From Sedimentisphaeraceae bacterium JB056 (GTDB lineage Bacteria; Planctomycetota; Phycisphaerae; Sedimentisphaerales; Sedimentisphaeraceae): a DNA stretch of 64,000 nucleotides. Made by a program: the position numbers and the translations under genes. Location of the stretch: the NCBI GenBank assembly GCA_044440125.1, contig JBITAJ010000024.1, forward strand, positions 14,576-78,575. The letters run 5' to 3'. A model generated the notes under the pieces. The model saw nothing but the letters and a program-made list of their open reading frames with translations, did no database searches and was not told the origin of the DNA. The stretch's first letter is position 1. Every line of letters begins with the position of its first letter. Of this stretch, positions 19,623-29,340 are shown one piece after another.

Positions 19623-21160
19623 TGGAAAAACAAAAGAAAATAAGATGTGCTGTTTATACACGCAAATCTACTGAAGAAGGCTTGGAGCAGGAGTTCAATT
19701 CGCTTGACGCTCAGAGAGAATCTGCTGAAGCATATATTATAAGTCAAAAGTCCCAAGGATTGGTATGTCTCGATCAACATTATGATGATGGAGGATATAC
19801 CGGGGGTAATATGGACAGACCAGCATTAAACAGGCTCCTTGAAGATATAGACAATGGACTTGTAGATTGCGTGGTAGTCTATAAGGTTGACCGGCTTAGC
19901 AGAAGCCTTATGGATTTCGCAAAAATACTTGAGGTATTTGAGAGGAAGGATATTTCATTTGTTTCTGTAACACAATTATTCAACACTACCAATTCAATGG
20001 GTAGACTTACTTTGAATATCCTTTTATCCTTTGCTCAATTTGAAAGAGAAGTGATATCTGAAAGAACCAGAGACAAGATAGCCATGGCCAGAAAACGAGG
20101 TAAATACACCGGTGGCAGACCTGTTCTGGGATACGACATATCACCTGAGAGAGGCAAGCTCATTGTCAATGAAGCAGAAGCAAGGACAGTTAATCAGATA
20201 TTTGAATTTTACCTTAAAAACAGAAGTTTATTAGCCGTAGCTGATGAGATGGAAATTTTAGGTTTGAAGACTAAAGCCTGGGTAACAAGAAAAGGTAAAC
20301 CGAGAGGCGGTGAAGAATTCAACAAAAAGAGAGTGCAGGCAATCCTCAAAAACCCTCTTTATATTGGCAAAATAAGTTATAAAGACAAGCTTTATGATGG
20401 TGAACATCAAGGTATTATAGACAAACAAACTTTTGAGAAAACACAAAGAATACTTTCTGAAAATAGGCAGATAATAAGAACCGACCAGCCCAATCGTCAT
20501 GGCGGTCTGCTTAAGGGCTTACTTAAATGCAAAGCCTGCGGTTGCGGTATGGGACATTCTACTACCAAAAAGGTATCAGGCAAAATATACCGATATTATG
20601 TATGTCAGAATGCAATTAAGAGAGGCTGGAACAAATGTCCACATCCTTCTTTGCCTGCAAGCGAGATAGAAAGGTTCGTTATTGATGAAGTAAAAGCAGT
20701 AGGTCTTGATGATGGGCTTATTGCAGAAGTAGCGGAAAAATCTATTGCCAACACAAAACAGGACATTAAAGAGCTCAAAAGTCGCCTAAAACATTTAATA
20801 CTTCAATCTGACAAAGAAAATAAACGTCTTCAGTCTATGCTTCTAAGTGATACGACAGAGGAACAATTAAATATTGTTCGTGAGCAATTAGCGATAACTG
20901 AGCGGCAGATTAGCGAGGTTAAAGTCAGGCTTGAGAAACTTGAACAGAACTGTCTTAATCCAAATGAAATAAAAGAGGCTTGTTTAAGATTCAATCCTAT
21001 CTGGGATACATTAACAACACAAGAGCAATGGCAGATGTTAAAGCTGCTTCTGGAAAAGGTGGAATTTGATGCAGACGATGAAAGCATAAGTCTTACCTTT
21101 GCTCCCGGCGGGATTAAGATGCTGAATGAGGATGTTTTAATTGAGGATGACCAACTATGA
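19622..21160 (+). CDS. large serine recombinase (resolvase, recombinase and zinc-ribbon domains)
   Basis: AVYTRKSTEE catalytic Ser, VDRLSRS, FAQFEREVISERTRD, NPLYIG, CKACGC...YYVC...C, coiled coil. Confidence 0.95.
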   Translation: MEKQKKIRCAVYTRKSTEEGLEQEFNSLDAQRESAEAYIISQKSQGLVCLDQHYDDGGYTGGNMDRPALNRLLEDIDNGLVDCVVVYKVDRLSRSLMDFAKILEVFERKDISFVSVTQLFNTTNSMGRLTLNILLSFAQFEREVISERTRDKIAMARKRGKYTGGRPVLGYDISPERGKLIVNEAEARTVNQIFEFYLKNRSLLAVADEMEILGLKTKAWVTRKGKPRGGEEFNKKRVQAILKNPLYIGKISYKDKLYDGEHQGIIDKQTFEKTQRILSENRQIIRTDQPNRHGGLLKGLLKCKACGCGMGHSTTKKVSGKIYRYYVCQNAIKRGWNKCPHPSLPASEIERFVIDEVKAVGLDDGLIAEVAEKSIANTKQDIKELKSRLKHLILQSDKENKRLQSMLLSDTTEEQLNIVREQLAITERQISEVKVRLEKLEQNCLNPNEIKEACLRFNPIWDTLTTQEQWQMLKLLLEKVEFDADDESISLTFAPGGIKMLNEDVLIEDDQL

Positions 21161-21546
21161 GTAGATATACATTAAAAAGAAAAGTTCATTTCCAAAGCGC
21201 ATTAAGAACACAGAAGAAAATCAAAAAAGGCAAGGCTCCAGAAAAATATACTACAAGAATTCAAAGAATAAGCAAACTGATGGCGTTGGCTGTAAAATTT
21301 GATTTTATGCTCAAAAGAGGTGAATTTGAAGATATGGCCCAAATAGCCAGAAACACACAGGTAACACGAGCCAGAATAACCCAGATAATGAATCTCAATC
21401 TATTAGCTCCATCAATACAAGAAATGCTGCTGTTCCTGCCGGAAACCGACAAGGGCAGAGATGTTGTTACGGTCAGGGACTTGCAGAAAGTGGCACTTGA
21501 GCCGGACTGGGCCAAGCAACAGACTATGCTTACTGGATTACTGTAA
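21157..21546 (+). CDS. conserved HTH-containing protein accompanying the serine recombinase
   Basis: RISKLMALA...AQIARNTQVTRARITQIMNLNLLAPSIQE; ATGA overlap with the recombinase. Confidence 0.7.
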   Translation: MSRYTLKRKVHFQSALRTQKKIKKGKAPEKYTTRIQRISKLMALAVKFDFMLKRGEFEDMAQIARNTQVTRARITQIMNLNLLAPSIQEMLLFLPETDKGRDVVTVRDLQKVALEPDWAKQQTMLTGLL

Positions 21547-21692
21547 ACACTTGCTATTAAACGGTTTATTGTCAACAAAACGTGTTCTTTTAGCTTGATA
21601 AGTGTGGGAAAGTATGGCATATTGGTGCTGTAAGGTTAAGGGTTAAAAGCTTGCCCTTAAACGAGTTAAGAACTTTTACAAGGAAAGAAACA

Positions 21693-22592
21693 ATGGATTT
21701 GAGAGATATTAAATTCGGCATTGAAATAGAGACGGTCAAGCAAAGCAGAGAACGGATAGCGTGGGCGATTCATTCGATAGTCGGCGGTACGGTCAGCTAT
21801 GTGGGTGAGCCTTCATGTTACGACCCATGGGAGGTAAAAGATATAAGCGGCAGACGCTGGAAAGTAATGGCTGATTCATCACTTTCGAACGTACCCTTTA
21901 ATTTAAGAGCAGAAGTTGTAAGTCCGGTATTAAGCTATGAGGACCTTGAGCAGCTTCAGGAGGTAGTAAGAGCCGTAAGACGATGCGGGGCCAAAATAAA
22001 TAGACAATGCGGCATACACATACATATCGATGCTTCACATTTTGACGGCAGAAGACTTGGAAACCTTGCCAAAATAGTTTACAAGCAAGAACCTCTAATC
22101 CTGCATGCCCTTGGGATAAGGCAGAACAGATTGCAGCGATATACCAAACCGGTAAGCGATAACCTTATAAGGCAGATAGAGTCCAGCAGGCCTCGGACAA
22201 AAGATGAACTTAACCGGATATGGTATGGCTATGAAAACAACAGGCCCCATCATTACGATTCGTCAAGATACCATGGAGTTAATCTTCATAATGTATGGTA
22301 CCGGGGGACTGTGGAGTTCCGCTGGTTTGAAGGAACTTTACATGCAGGTAAGATAAAGGCATATATTCAATTTTGTCTGGCTCTTGCGGCTAAGGCGATA
22401 AACGCAAGGAGTGCTTCAAGCCGTAAACGAGAGTTCAGTGCAGAGAGTGCCAAATATGATTTTAGAGTTTTCCTTCTTCACCTTGGGCTTATAGGAGCTG
22501 AGTTTAAGACCGCAAGAATGCATTTAATGAAAAACATGCCCGGAAGTGCGGCATGGAAGAATCCTAATAGACGTATAGGAGAAACGGCATGA
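21693..22592 (+). CDS. amidoligase (COOH-NH2 ligase, Amidoligase_2) family protein
   Basis: FGIEIE, DSSL, EVVSPVL, CGIHIHI, RYHGVN, TVEFR motifs; start at ATG 21693 with AAGGA RBS. Confidence 0.88.
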   Translation: MDLRDIKFGIEIETVKQSRERIAWAIHSIVGGTVSYVGEPSCYDPWEVKDISGRRWKVMADSSLSNVPFNLRAEVVSPVLSYEDLEQLQEVVRAVRRCGAKINRQCGIHIHIDASHFDGRRLGNLAKIVYKQEPLILHALGIRQNRLQRYTKPVSDNLIRQIESSRPRTKDELNRIWYGYENNRPHHYDSSRYHGVNLHNVWYRGTVEFRWFEGTLHAGKIKAYIQFCLALAAKAINARSASSRKREFSAESAKYDFRVFLLHLGLIGAEFKTARMHLMKNMPGSAAWKNPNRRIGETA

Positions 22593-22900
22593 AGATAACG
22601 ATTCATTCAACAACATTTAACGGCAAACCTTTAGAAACAGACAGCGAGAAACTTGAGGGGAGAAATGCCCTCGAGCTGGTCCAGATAATGGCAAGCCAGA
22701 CGCCCTTCACCGCCGACGGCACCACCGAGGATTATATGGCCGGTGTGCTGGCTCAAATCGGTGAGGAGGTAAAGCCCTGCACCCCAGAGGAGTTCCTGAG
22801 CATCTTAGCCCGCAGGCGGCTGATTGAGTTTTTACCCGACGATGCGTATATTGAACCGGTAGAAAGGAGAGAAAACGAATGTGCGGACAAGCAGGTGTAA
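22589..22900 (+). CDS. hypothetical protein in amidoligase operon
   Basis: ATGA overlap with the amidoligase, overlaps the GATase start. Confidence 0.6.
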   Translation: MKITIHSTTFNGKPLETDSEKLEGRNALELVQIMASQTPFTADGTTEDYMAGVLAQIGEEVKPCTPEEFLSILARRRLIEFLPDDAYIEPVERRENECADKQV

Positions 22901-23673
22901 TCTTCGGCAAAAAGAGGCGGCGTAAAGCCGACAGGCAGGCGTTAGGCGAGCTATTCACGCAGATGCTACTTGGATGCCAGAGACGCGGTCCGCACGCCAC
23001 AGGGCTCGCCCTCGTGCGAAATTGCGGCAGCTACCGGCTATTCAAGCGACCCTGCCTTGCTGAGGAATTTGTCACCGAGCCAAACTACGAGAACATCCTT
23101 GAGGCTATCGATAATAATGTAACCGCCCTTCTTGGTCATACGCGATGGCGTACAAGAGGCTCTGAGAAAGACAGCCGTAACAATCACCCGCTCCGTTGCG
23201 GTGTAATCCTCGGCACACACAACGGCACAATCTACAATGCCAATGAATTATTCGCAGTACTTGGTTTGCCGCGGTTCGCACAGGTTGACAGCGAGATAAT
23301 ATTCCGGCTGGCCGATAGGTTCACGCCGCAGGCAGAGATAAACCTAGAAGGCTTTTCCAAAGCACTGCGCCTATGCCGTGGGCAGATGAGTGCCGTTCTG
23401 GTCTCACTGCTTGACCCCGAGCGAATAATCGTTATAAAAGGCAATAAACCCCTGAGCCTGTTCTACAGCCAAAGGCACAAGGTGATTTGCTATGCCTCAG
23501 AGGCGGGTTATATTACGGATGTAATAGATAAACAAGACAACTGGCAGGAACTTGAAACAAAGCCGAATACGATACTGGAGTTCAACTTCAAAGACTTGGA
23601 GAACTACAAATCGCGACCATTCAAATTCATCGCACAACAAAGAAAACCACTGACAAGGAATTCAGCCATATGA
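22879..23673 (+). CDS. class II (Ntn) glutamine amidotransferase
   Basis: N-terminal MCG, RRGPHATG, GHTRWRTRG, NNHP, HNGTIYN, VDSE. Confidence 0.88.
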   Translation: MCGQAGVIFGKKRRRKADRQALGELFTQMLLGCQRRGPHATGLALVRNCGSYRLFKRPCLAEEFVTEPNYENILEAIDNNVTALLGHTRWRTRGSEKDSRNNHPLRCGVILGTHNGTIYNANELFAVLGLPRFAQVDSEIIFRLADRFTPQAEINLEGFSKALRLCRGQMSAVLVSLLDPERIIVIKGNKPLSLFYSQRHKVICYASEAGYITDVIDKQDNWQELETKPNTILEFNFKDLENYKSRPFKFIAQQRKPLTRNSAI

Positions 23674-24128
23674 TAAGCATATTCGTTTACGGCACACTAA
23701 AGCAAGGCTACTGCAACCACAACCGCTACTGCCGTGGTGCGGCAAGCATAGAAAAAGCAAGCGTCTGGGGCAGGCTCTACGCCTTACCCCAAGGTTACCC
23801 AGGCCTAATAGTCCCCAAAGAAACCATCTTCGCGACCGGCACAACCAACCCGAACGCCGACGCAGAGCTGCAAAACTCAACGAAGCTTGAACACCAGACC
23901 CTCACCAAACCAACCGGCGACTGGGACAAAATCACCGGCGAACTAATAACCTTCGCCGACCCAGCGATAAACCTGCCGCCAATCGACCGCTTAGAGTCTT
24001 TTAATCCCGGTGGCTGGAGCCTGTATGAACGAGTCCTAATCCCCGCCGAAACAGCTGGAGCCATACGGTCTGTGTGGGTCTATGAATATAAGCAAGAGAT
24101 TTGCGGCAGGCGGATAGTGAAATATTAG
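23670..24128 (+). CDS. gamma-glutamylcyclotransferase (AIG2-like) family protein
   Basis: IFVYGTLK, GRLY...YPGL, GEL, IDRLE, YER, VWVY. Confidence 0.85.
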   Translation: MISIFVYGTLKQGYCNHNRYCRGAASIEKASVWGRLYALPQGYPGLIVPKETIFATGTTNPNADAELQNSTKLEHQTLTKPTGDWDKITGELITFADPAINLPPIDRLESFNPGGWSLYERVLIPAETAGAIRSVWVYEYKQEICGRRIVKY

Positions 24129-24219
24129 TTTACCGATTTTTTACTGGGGCAGAAAGTTTCTGATAAAATTAAAGTCTCGCAGACGTTCATATAAGCAGTC
24201 AGCGACGGTAGAAGCTAAG

Positions 24220-24602
24220 TTACTCAAGAAACAAACGATTTTCCTCAATGAGATAGTCAATAGACTTCTGTATATGTAGCAGAGCAGACTTAACATCGTT
24301 GCCACTAAGTCATACAATCAAAGCCTGAAGTAAATTCTATGTCAATCGTCGTATCATGGTCTCTGATTTTATCAAATACCCAAAATTCAGCAAGAATGAC
24401 TTTCAAAGCTGCAGCTAATTGTATAATGCCTCTTACTATTAGAGTGTTATTTTTTTGAAACGGTGCTAAGAATATCGTTTAAAGCATCAAAATTGCACTT
24501 TTACTGTTTTCGATATTCTATCCATCAAATATATAAGACTTTTCATATTTCCTTCTAAGAGACAAACATTTATAGTTTTTTTCGAATGGAATAGAGAGGG
24601 GT
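24220..24602 (-). pseudogene. degenerate inverted left part of the 16723-18438 element (left end plus 5' of transposase with stops)
   Basis: 24357-24220 translates to MIRRLT*NLLQALIV*LSGNDVKSALLHIQKSIDYLIEENRLFLE*, versus ALLNMQKSIDYCIEENR in 16953; degenerate inner IR near 24449-24472; end-like ACCCC at 24602. Confidence 0.75.
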
Positions 24603-24750
24603 TGCAAACTCCACGGCATAGACCCGTACGCATACTTCAGCGATATGCTAAAAAAAATAAGCACCCACCATCCAGTCAAAATAAAAACAAAAAGATAATA
24701 AGTAAACCCAAATCAAATCCCCAAAGACATGTACTTACTCGAAACCTTAC
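24603..24750 (+). pseudogene. IS66-family transposase C-terminal remnant and probable right end
   Basis: CKLHGIDPYAYFSDMLKKISTHHP at 24603-24674 matches the IS66 C-terminal pattern; ...GAAACCTTAC at 24750 resembles the IS66 GTAAG terminus. Confidence 0.65.
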
Positions 24751-24893
24751 CTTTCAACTAAAGTGTACGATCCTCAATGCCTTACGGCAAAATTGTATCA
24801 TATTACCAATTTGCGCAAAAAACTTGCAAAAAGAGGGGATATAATATAATATTATCGTAGAATATAATTCATAAACTTAACAGGATATGAGAT

Positions 24894-26054
24894 ATGAAAA
24901 AAGTTGCAATATTAGTCCCTACCTCAAGAGCTTTTGGACGAGGAATAATTAAGGGAGTAACTAATTACGCCAGAATTAACAAAGATTGGCGATTATTCAC
25001 GATTCTGCCAGATTATTGTAGCATCAGCAATATACACGTAAAAGATTTCATAGAAAAATGGGAACCAGACGGCATAATCGCAAGAATACCCTTCATTGAT
25101 TATGATTGCGCATTAGACTTAAAAATACCTATGGTAGTAACCCACATTTACTCTCCTGTTGAAAATGAACTTAACATAATTCCGGACTGTGAAACACCTT
25201 CAAGAATGGCAGCTGAATATTTTATCAGTAAGGGATTTAAGAATTTTGCTTTTTGCGGTTTCCATCTGAACTGGGATTTATCTCGTGCTCATTTCTTCAG
25301 GTATTATCTGCAATGTGCCGGATTTGATACAGAAATATACCAAACTCCTATTGAAGATATGCACAATGCCTGGGAAAGAGAACAACCTCATTTAGCGGTA
25401 TGGCTTCAAAAGCTACCCAAACCAGTCGCAATTTACACTACCAATGATGACAGAGCAAGACATGTCTTAGAAGCGTGTCATATGGCTAATTTACGGGTTC
25501 CTGAAGAAGTATCAGTACTTGGATCAGACAATGATCAATTGGTTTGCGACATCTCAGAGCCAACTCTTTCAAGTATATCATACAACTTTGAAAGAGCCGG
25601 TTACGATGCCGCAGAATCATTAAATCTGTTAATGGAAGGTTATAAAGGCAAACTTAAAGATATAGAGATAAGCCCTCTGAAAATCCACACACGTCAATCA
25701 ACAGGATTTATTGCGATTGATGATGATGAAATTTCCGATACCCTCAAGTTTATAAAAGATAACGAAACAAAAAATATAACTGCTCAGGATGTCATAGACA
25801 ATTCGACATTATCACGCCGCTCGCTCGAAATCAGATTCAAAAAAGCAACAGGGAGAACTATATCCGAACATATAAGAAAACTAAAGCTTCTTTACGTATG
25901 CGATCTTCTAATCAACACACATCTTACAGTCTTAGAAATCTCATACAAAGCCGGCTTTCCAAATGCCAAACGACTACACGAAGTTTTCATGAAAACTTAT
26001 AAAACCACCCCGCTTGACTACAGAAAAACAAAAGGCAAGGTATTTGTCAACTAA
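24894..26054 (+). CDS. XylR-type transcriptional regulator (LacI-like sensor plus AraC HTH)
   Basis: DGIIAR, AAEYFISKGFKNFAFCG, LPKPVAI, VPEEVSVLGSDND, RQST, SRRSLEIRFKK, AGF...TPLDYRK. Confidence 0.9.
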   Translation: MKKVAILVPTSRAFGRGIIKGVTNYARINKDWRLFTILPDYCSISNIHVKDFIEKWEPDGIIARIPFIDYDCALDLKIPMVVTHIYSPVENELNIIPDCETPSRMAAEYFISKGFKNFAFCGFHLNWDLSRAHFFRYYLQCAGFDTEIYQTPIEDMHNAWEREQPHLAVWLQKLPKPVAIYTTNDDRARHVLEACHMANLRVPEEVSVLGSDNDQLVCDISEPTLSSISYNFERAGYDAAESLNLLMEGYKGKLKDIEISPLKIHTRQSTGFIAIDDDEISDTLKFIKDNETKNITAQDVIDNSTLSRRSLEIRFKKATGRTISEHIRKLKLLYVCDLLINTHLTVLEISYKAGFPNAKRLHEVFMKTYKTTPLDYRKTKGKVFVN

Positions 26055-26073
26055 GTTGAATAACTTTGATAAA

Positions 26074-26862
26074 TTATCTTCTCGGTGAAGTGCTTCCACT
26101 TTCACGCGGTACTTCAACATCACTCTGCTTATCAAAACCTCTATGCCAAGGTAAACTCCAAAGCTTAGAAAGTGCCACTGCTTCAGCATGTCCATCACCA
26201 AACACAAGATTAATTTTCATCTGATGTCTGTCAATTGTAAAACGCTGTGCCTGATTATCCCAATCCTGCTCATCGCCTGTTAATAACTCTTCCTCTGTAG
26301 GAGCAATATCAGTATCTCTAAACCAGCCATTTTCCCAAATAGCATCAGCAAAGAGAGGTACATCATTGGTAACCATGGTGAAATTTTTATATTCTTTTGC
26401 AGAATCAACATACTGGCTGCTGTAAAAATCGGAATAAACAATCCACCCATTAATGCCGTAGCTACCTATTTCATTTAATCCAGTATGTGTTTTGTATGCG
26501 TAATATGCCTGCCCGGTTTGAGCTGGAGCTGGATCTCCGTCTATCCTTAATTTACTTGCAGACGGACAACTCCAGACATCAGACTTTTCTTTGGCCTGAT
26601 CTGTACCTAAATAAGTTGCAAGCAAGCCATATATATGACCAGACTCAGCATCACTAACAGAAACTTCAATACGCTTATTTTGGTAATCTGTTTCATACAT
26701 CACAAGCGATGTGCCAATTTGTTTAAGGTTTGTCAAACATGTAACTGCTTTGGCCTGCTTTCTGACCTTTCCAAGTGCCGGCATCATAATCGACATCAAT
26801 ACCGCAATTATAGATATAACCACAAGCAGCTCTATAAGTGTGAATGCTTTTCTCTTTTCCAT
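26074..26862 (-). CDS. prepilin-type N-terminal/H-X9-DG protein (DUF1559-like)
   Basis: AFTLIELLVVISIIAVLMSIMMPALGKVR, CLTNLKQ, WSCPS, exact H-X9-DG (HQMKINLVFGDG); start at ATG 26862. Confidence 0.9.
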   Translation of the reverse strand: MEKRKAFTLIELLVVISIIAVLMSIMMPALGKVRKQAKAVTCLTNLKQIGTSLVMYETDYQNKRIEVSVSDAESGHIYGLLATYLGTDQAKEKSDVWSCPSASKLRIDGDPAPAQTGQAYYAYKTHTGLNEIGSYGINGWIVYSDFYSSQYVDSAKEYKNFTMVTNDVPLFADAIWENGWFRDTDIAPTEEELLTGDEQDWDNQAQRFTIDRHQMKINLVFGDGHAEAVALSKLWSLPWHRGFDKQSDVEVPRESGSTSPRR

Positions 26863-26971
26863 TTTACAGTTCCTTTTATCTTTCAATAATTTACTATCCA
26901 AAAAGCAGAAGTATCTTTTAAGAATAGTCAGCGAACCGAGGTAAATCGATCCGCCAACTTTAATATAGTCA

Positions 26972-29083
26972 TTATTCGCACGAAATGCAAGTCATCATTG
27001 CAATATCAGGATCATCCAGATATTCCTCTGCGAATTCAATGTAATCATTGAAATCTACCTGACAATCTCCATTATAGTCAGATCTCGCTTGATTGCCTGT
27101 CAAAGTACATTCAACAAGTGAAATATTATCAATATCAATAGTACCGATTCCCTGATCACCTTCATCACCACCATTAGATACAATTGAAAGCTCAAAACCA
27201 ACTACATTAGTCAAATCATTTCGACTACCGTCATTAAGGTCTTTGTTTAAGTTAATCAACCTCGTAACCCAAACACCAGGCTGATCGCTCGTTTCGTGAT
27301 CAAGTATCCTTCCATATGCTGATTCTGTATTCATGTCACCAACATAGAATTTCACATAGAACCACATTTCATCGCTGTTTCCTGCCTGATTACGAATATC
27401 AAAAGTCATGAAATCATAAATAGAATTAGCAATATCAACAGGTGCATCAAATTCATACTGCGTTTTATAGTAAGTTGTTGAGCCTGAAGAAGTTATATCG
27501 TAGTTAAATCGAAGTCCCTGAGTGCCGTCTTTACCGTCATTGGTGAGAAGAACCAAATCGTTACCACTCTGGTTTGTACCGGCATAAGCATAGTCAGACC
27601 AATCAGAATCCAATGCCGCCTGATCTGCGTAAGATTCAAAATCATCCAATACATTTACAGCTCCATCAAAACCACTGGCAAGCCATGTCATAGCATAATC
27701 AGAAAGATCATCAGAATTAACAACACCACCATTATCATAGTCAAAAACTTGAGGATTAGCTACTGTAAGCTCTTTATCCATCAGCTTAAAATCACCAATC
27801 TGAGCTTGTGCGCCATCATCCTGAATAGCAAGAATATCAAGCGTATAAATATTATATGAAGCGACATTTTCAACTGGAATACAGAAAGATTTCAACTCAT
27901 CTACTGATGACCATGTCTGGCCAATATGGTGGTCAAGCTCATCGTAATTAGTACCATCGTTACTGCCGTAAAGAATCCATTCGCTTGGTGCCCTGCCTGC
28001 GGCTCCCCAACCAGGACTCATCTGGTATGATGTTATCGCATACTGATAATCATATGGGAATTGATACTCAATCCATTCATATGAAGAACCGTTTGTAAAA
28101 CCATTTACAGAAGACCATAAAGTACCAGTAATATTACTGTCATAAAGACCTGGAACGCCATTCCATGCAGTACTGCTCGAATCGTAAAGAATACCACTGA
28201 CAGTTCTTATCATCTTCTGACTGCCTGTGGTGAAAGTCCAGAGATCGCTAACATCTGTAGAACCGCCATTATTAGCAACGACTCTCCAGTAGTATTCTGT
28301 ACATTCTAACAACTCATCCATGGTATCACCAGGAACACTTGGTTCGGTAATATCATCAGCTACAAGAGCTACAGGATTCAAAACAGTAGTATTAACGTCA
28401 TTAGCATCAGCACTTAGGTAAACATCATAAGAATCTGCCACACCGCTATACTCCCAGCTCAATTCAGGACTTAAAGAAATCAAATCACCCTTAGGACTGT
28501 GATCTCCGTATCCAAGAAGTGCACCCTCAAAACGAACCTCCGATAAACCGGAGACACTGCCGCCGTGGTTTGTTTTAATAGCAAACTTGACCAGTTTTAC
28601 ACCACTTGCCGCAAAACTTACATACTGTGCAGCTTCATCAGCAGAAGCACTGGCTTGATTAATAGTGTATGTCGTTCCAATCTGGGTCCATACAGCTGTT
28701 GCAGAATCAGAATCAGCAGACACCCAAATCTCAAAATCCTTAACGCCGCGGTTCGTATACTGAGGATCAGAACCCCAGAGCAGGTTGTAGTTCCAGATAT
28801 AGGTTCCTGTAAGGTCATAGCTTCCGCCAAGAATAAAAACTGCATTTGTAACTACGAATTCATTTTCCCACATCGCATTTCCATCGGTGTTACAAGTTCT
28901 ATCCTGAACCGGCTCACCCGCAGGATCTGCTATCAGACCTGAACCATCAATCATTTGAGACGGAGGTCTCCAATTATTAGAACCCGGTGTTGTCGCGTCA
29001 GTAGGTGCAAACACTTCAGCATTTGCTACACAACAAACTCCTGCCAGCAGTAAAATTATTATATTCAACTTTAATAGCCTCAT
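26972..29083 (-). CDS. secreted multidomain protein (discoidin/CBM-like domains, dockerin-like repeats)
   Basis: Signal peptide from ATG 29083 (GGAGA RBS), IWNYN...NRGVKDF...GLSEVRF, YYWRV repeat, DYNGDCQVDFNDY. Confidence 0.75.
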   Translation of the reverse strand: MRLLKLNIIILLLAGVCCVANAEVFAPTDATTPGSNNWRPPSQMIDGSGLIADPAGEPVQDRTCNTDGNAMWENEFVVTNAVFILGGSYDLTGTYIWNYNLLWGSDPQYTNRGVKDFEIWVSADSDSATAVWTQIGTTYTINQASASADEAAQYVSFAASGVKLVKFAIKTNHGGSVSGLSEVRFEGALLGYGDHSPKGDLISLSPELSWEYSGVADSYDVYLSADANDVNTTVLNPVALVADDITEPSVPGDTMDELLECTEYYWRVVANNGGSTDVSDLWTFTTGSQKMIRTVSGILYDSSSTAWNGVPGLYDSNITGTLWSSVNGFTNGSSYEWIEYQFPYDYQYAITSYQMSPGWGAAGRAPSEWILYGSNDGTNYDELDHHIGQTWSSVDELKSFCIPVENVASYNIYTLDILAIQDDGAQAQIGDFKLMDKELTVANPQVFDYDNGGVVNSDDLSDYAMTWLASGFDGAVNVLDDFESYADQAALDSDWSDYAYAGTNQSGNDLVLLTNDGKDGTQGLRFNYDITSSGSTTYYKTQYEFDAPVDIANSIYDFMTFDIRNQAGNSDEMWFYVKFYVGDMNTESAYGRILDHETSDQPGVWVTRLINLNKDLNDGSRNDLTNVVGFELSIVSNGGDEGDQGIGTIDIDNISLVECTLTGNQARSDYNGDCQVDFNDYIEFAEEYLDDPDIAMMTCISCE

Positions 29084-29193
29084 AATCAAATTTCTCCAAT
29101 TAAAAAGAAATACAAATTTACAAAAGAACGATTCTTTTGCCTTAAATAACATCTATATCATATCCATGGATAAGAACTATATCTTATTAGTAC

Positions 29194-29259
29194 ATTTTAT
29201 ACTTTACGACCAAATAGAACAATCCGATTTAACGTATTTACTATCCTATTTTGCGCAAA
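29194..29259 (-). promoter_or_regulatory. tandem activator half-sites overlapping a sigma70 promoter (copy 1)
   Basis: TTTGCGCAAAATAGGATAGTAAATACGTTAAATCGGATTG, then TTGTTC-17-TAAAAT. Confidence 0.7.
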
Positions 29260-29340
29260 AACAATTATAATAGAACCAATACTGTCATCTCAAACAAAAA
29301 ACATAAAGCCTTATTTCAAAGCATTTTAAAGATTAATATT

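Noticed and set aside
24602..24844. 80-aa ORF in the ORF track
   Set aside because: It is an off-frame reading of the IS66 remnant and the regulator's promoter region
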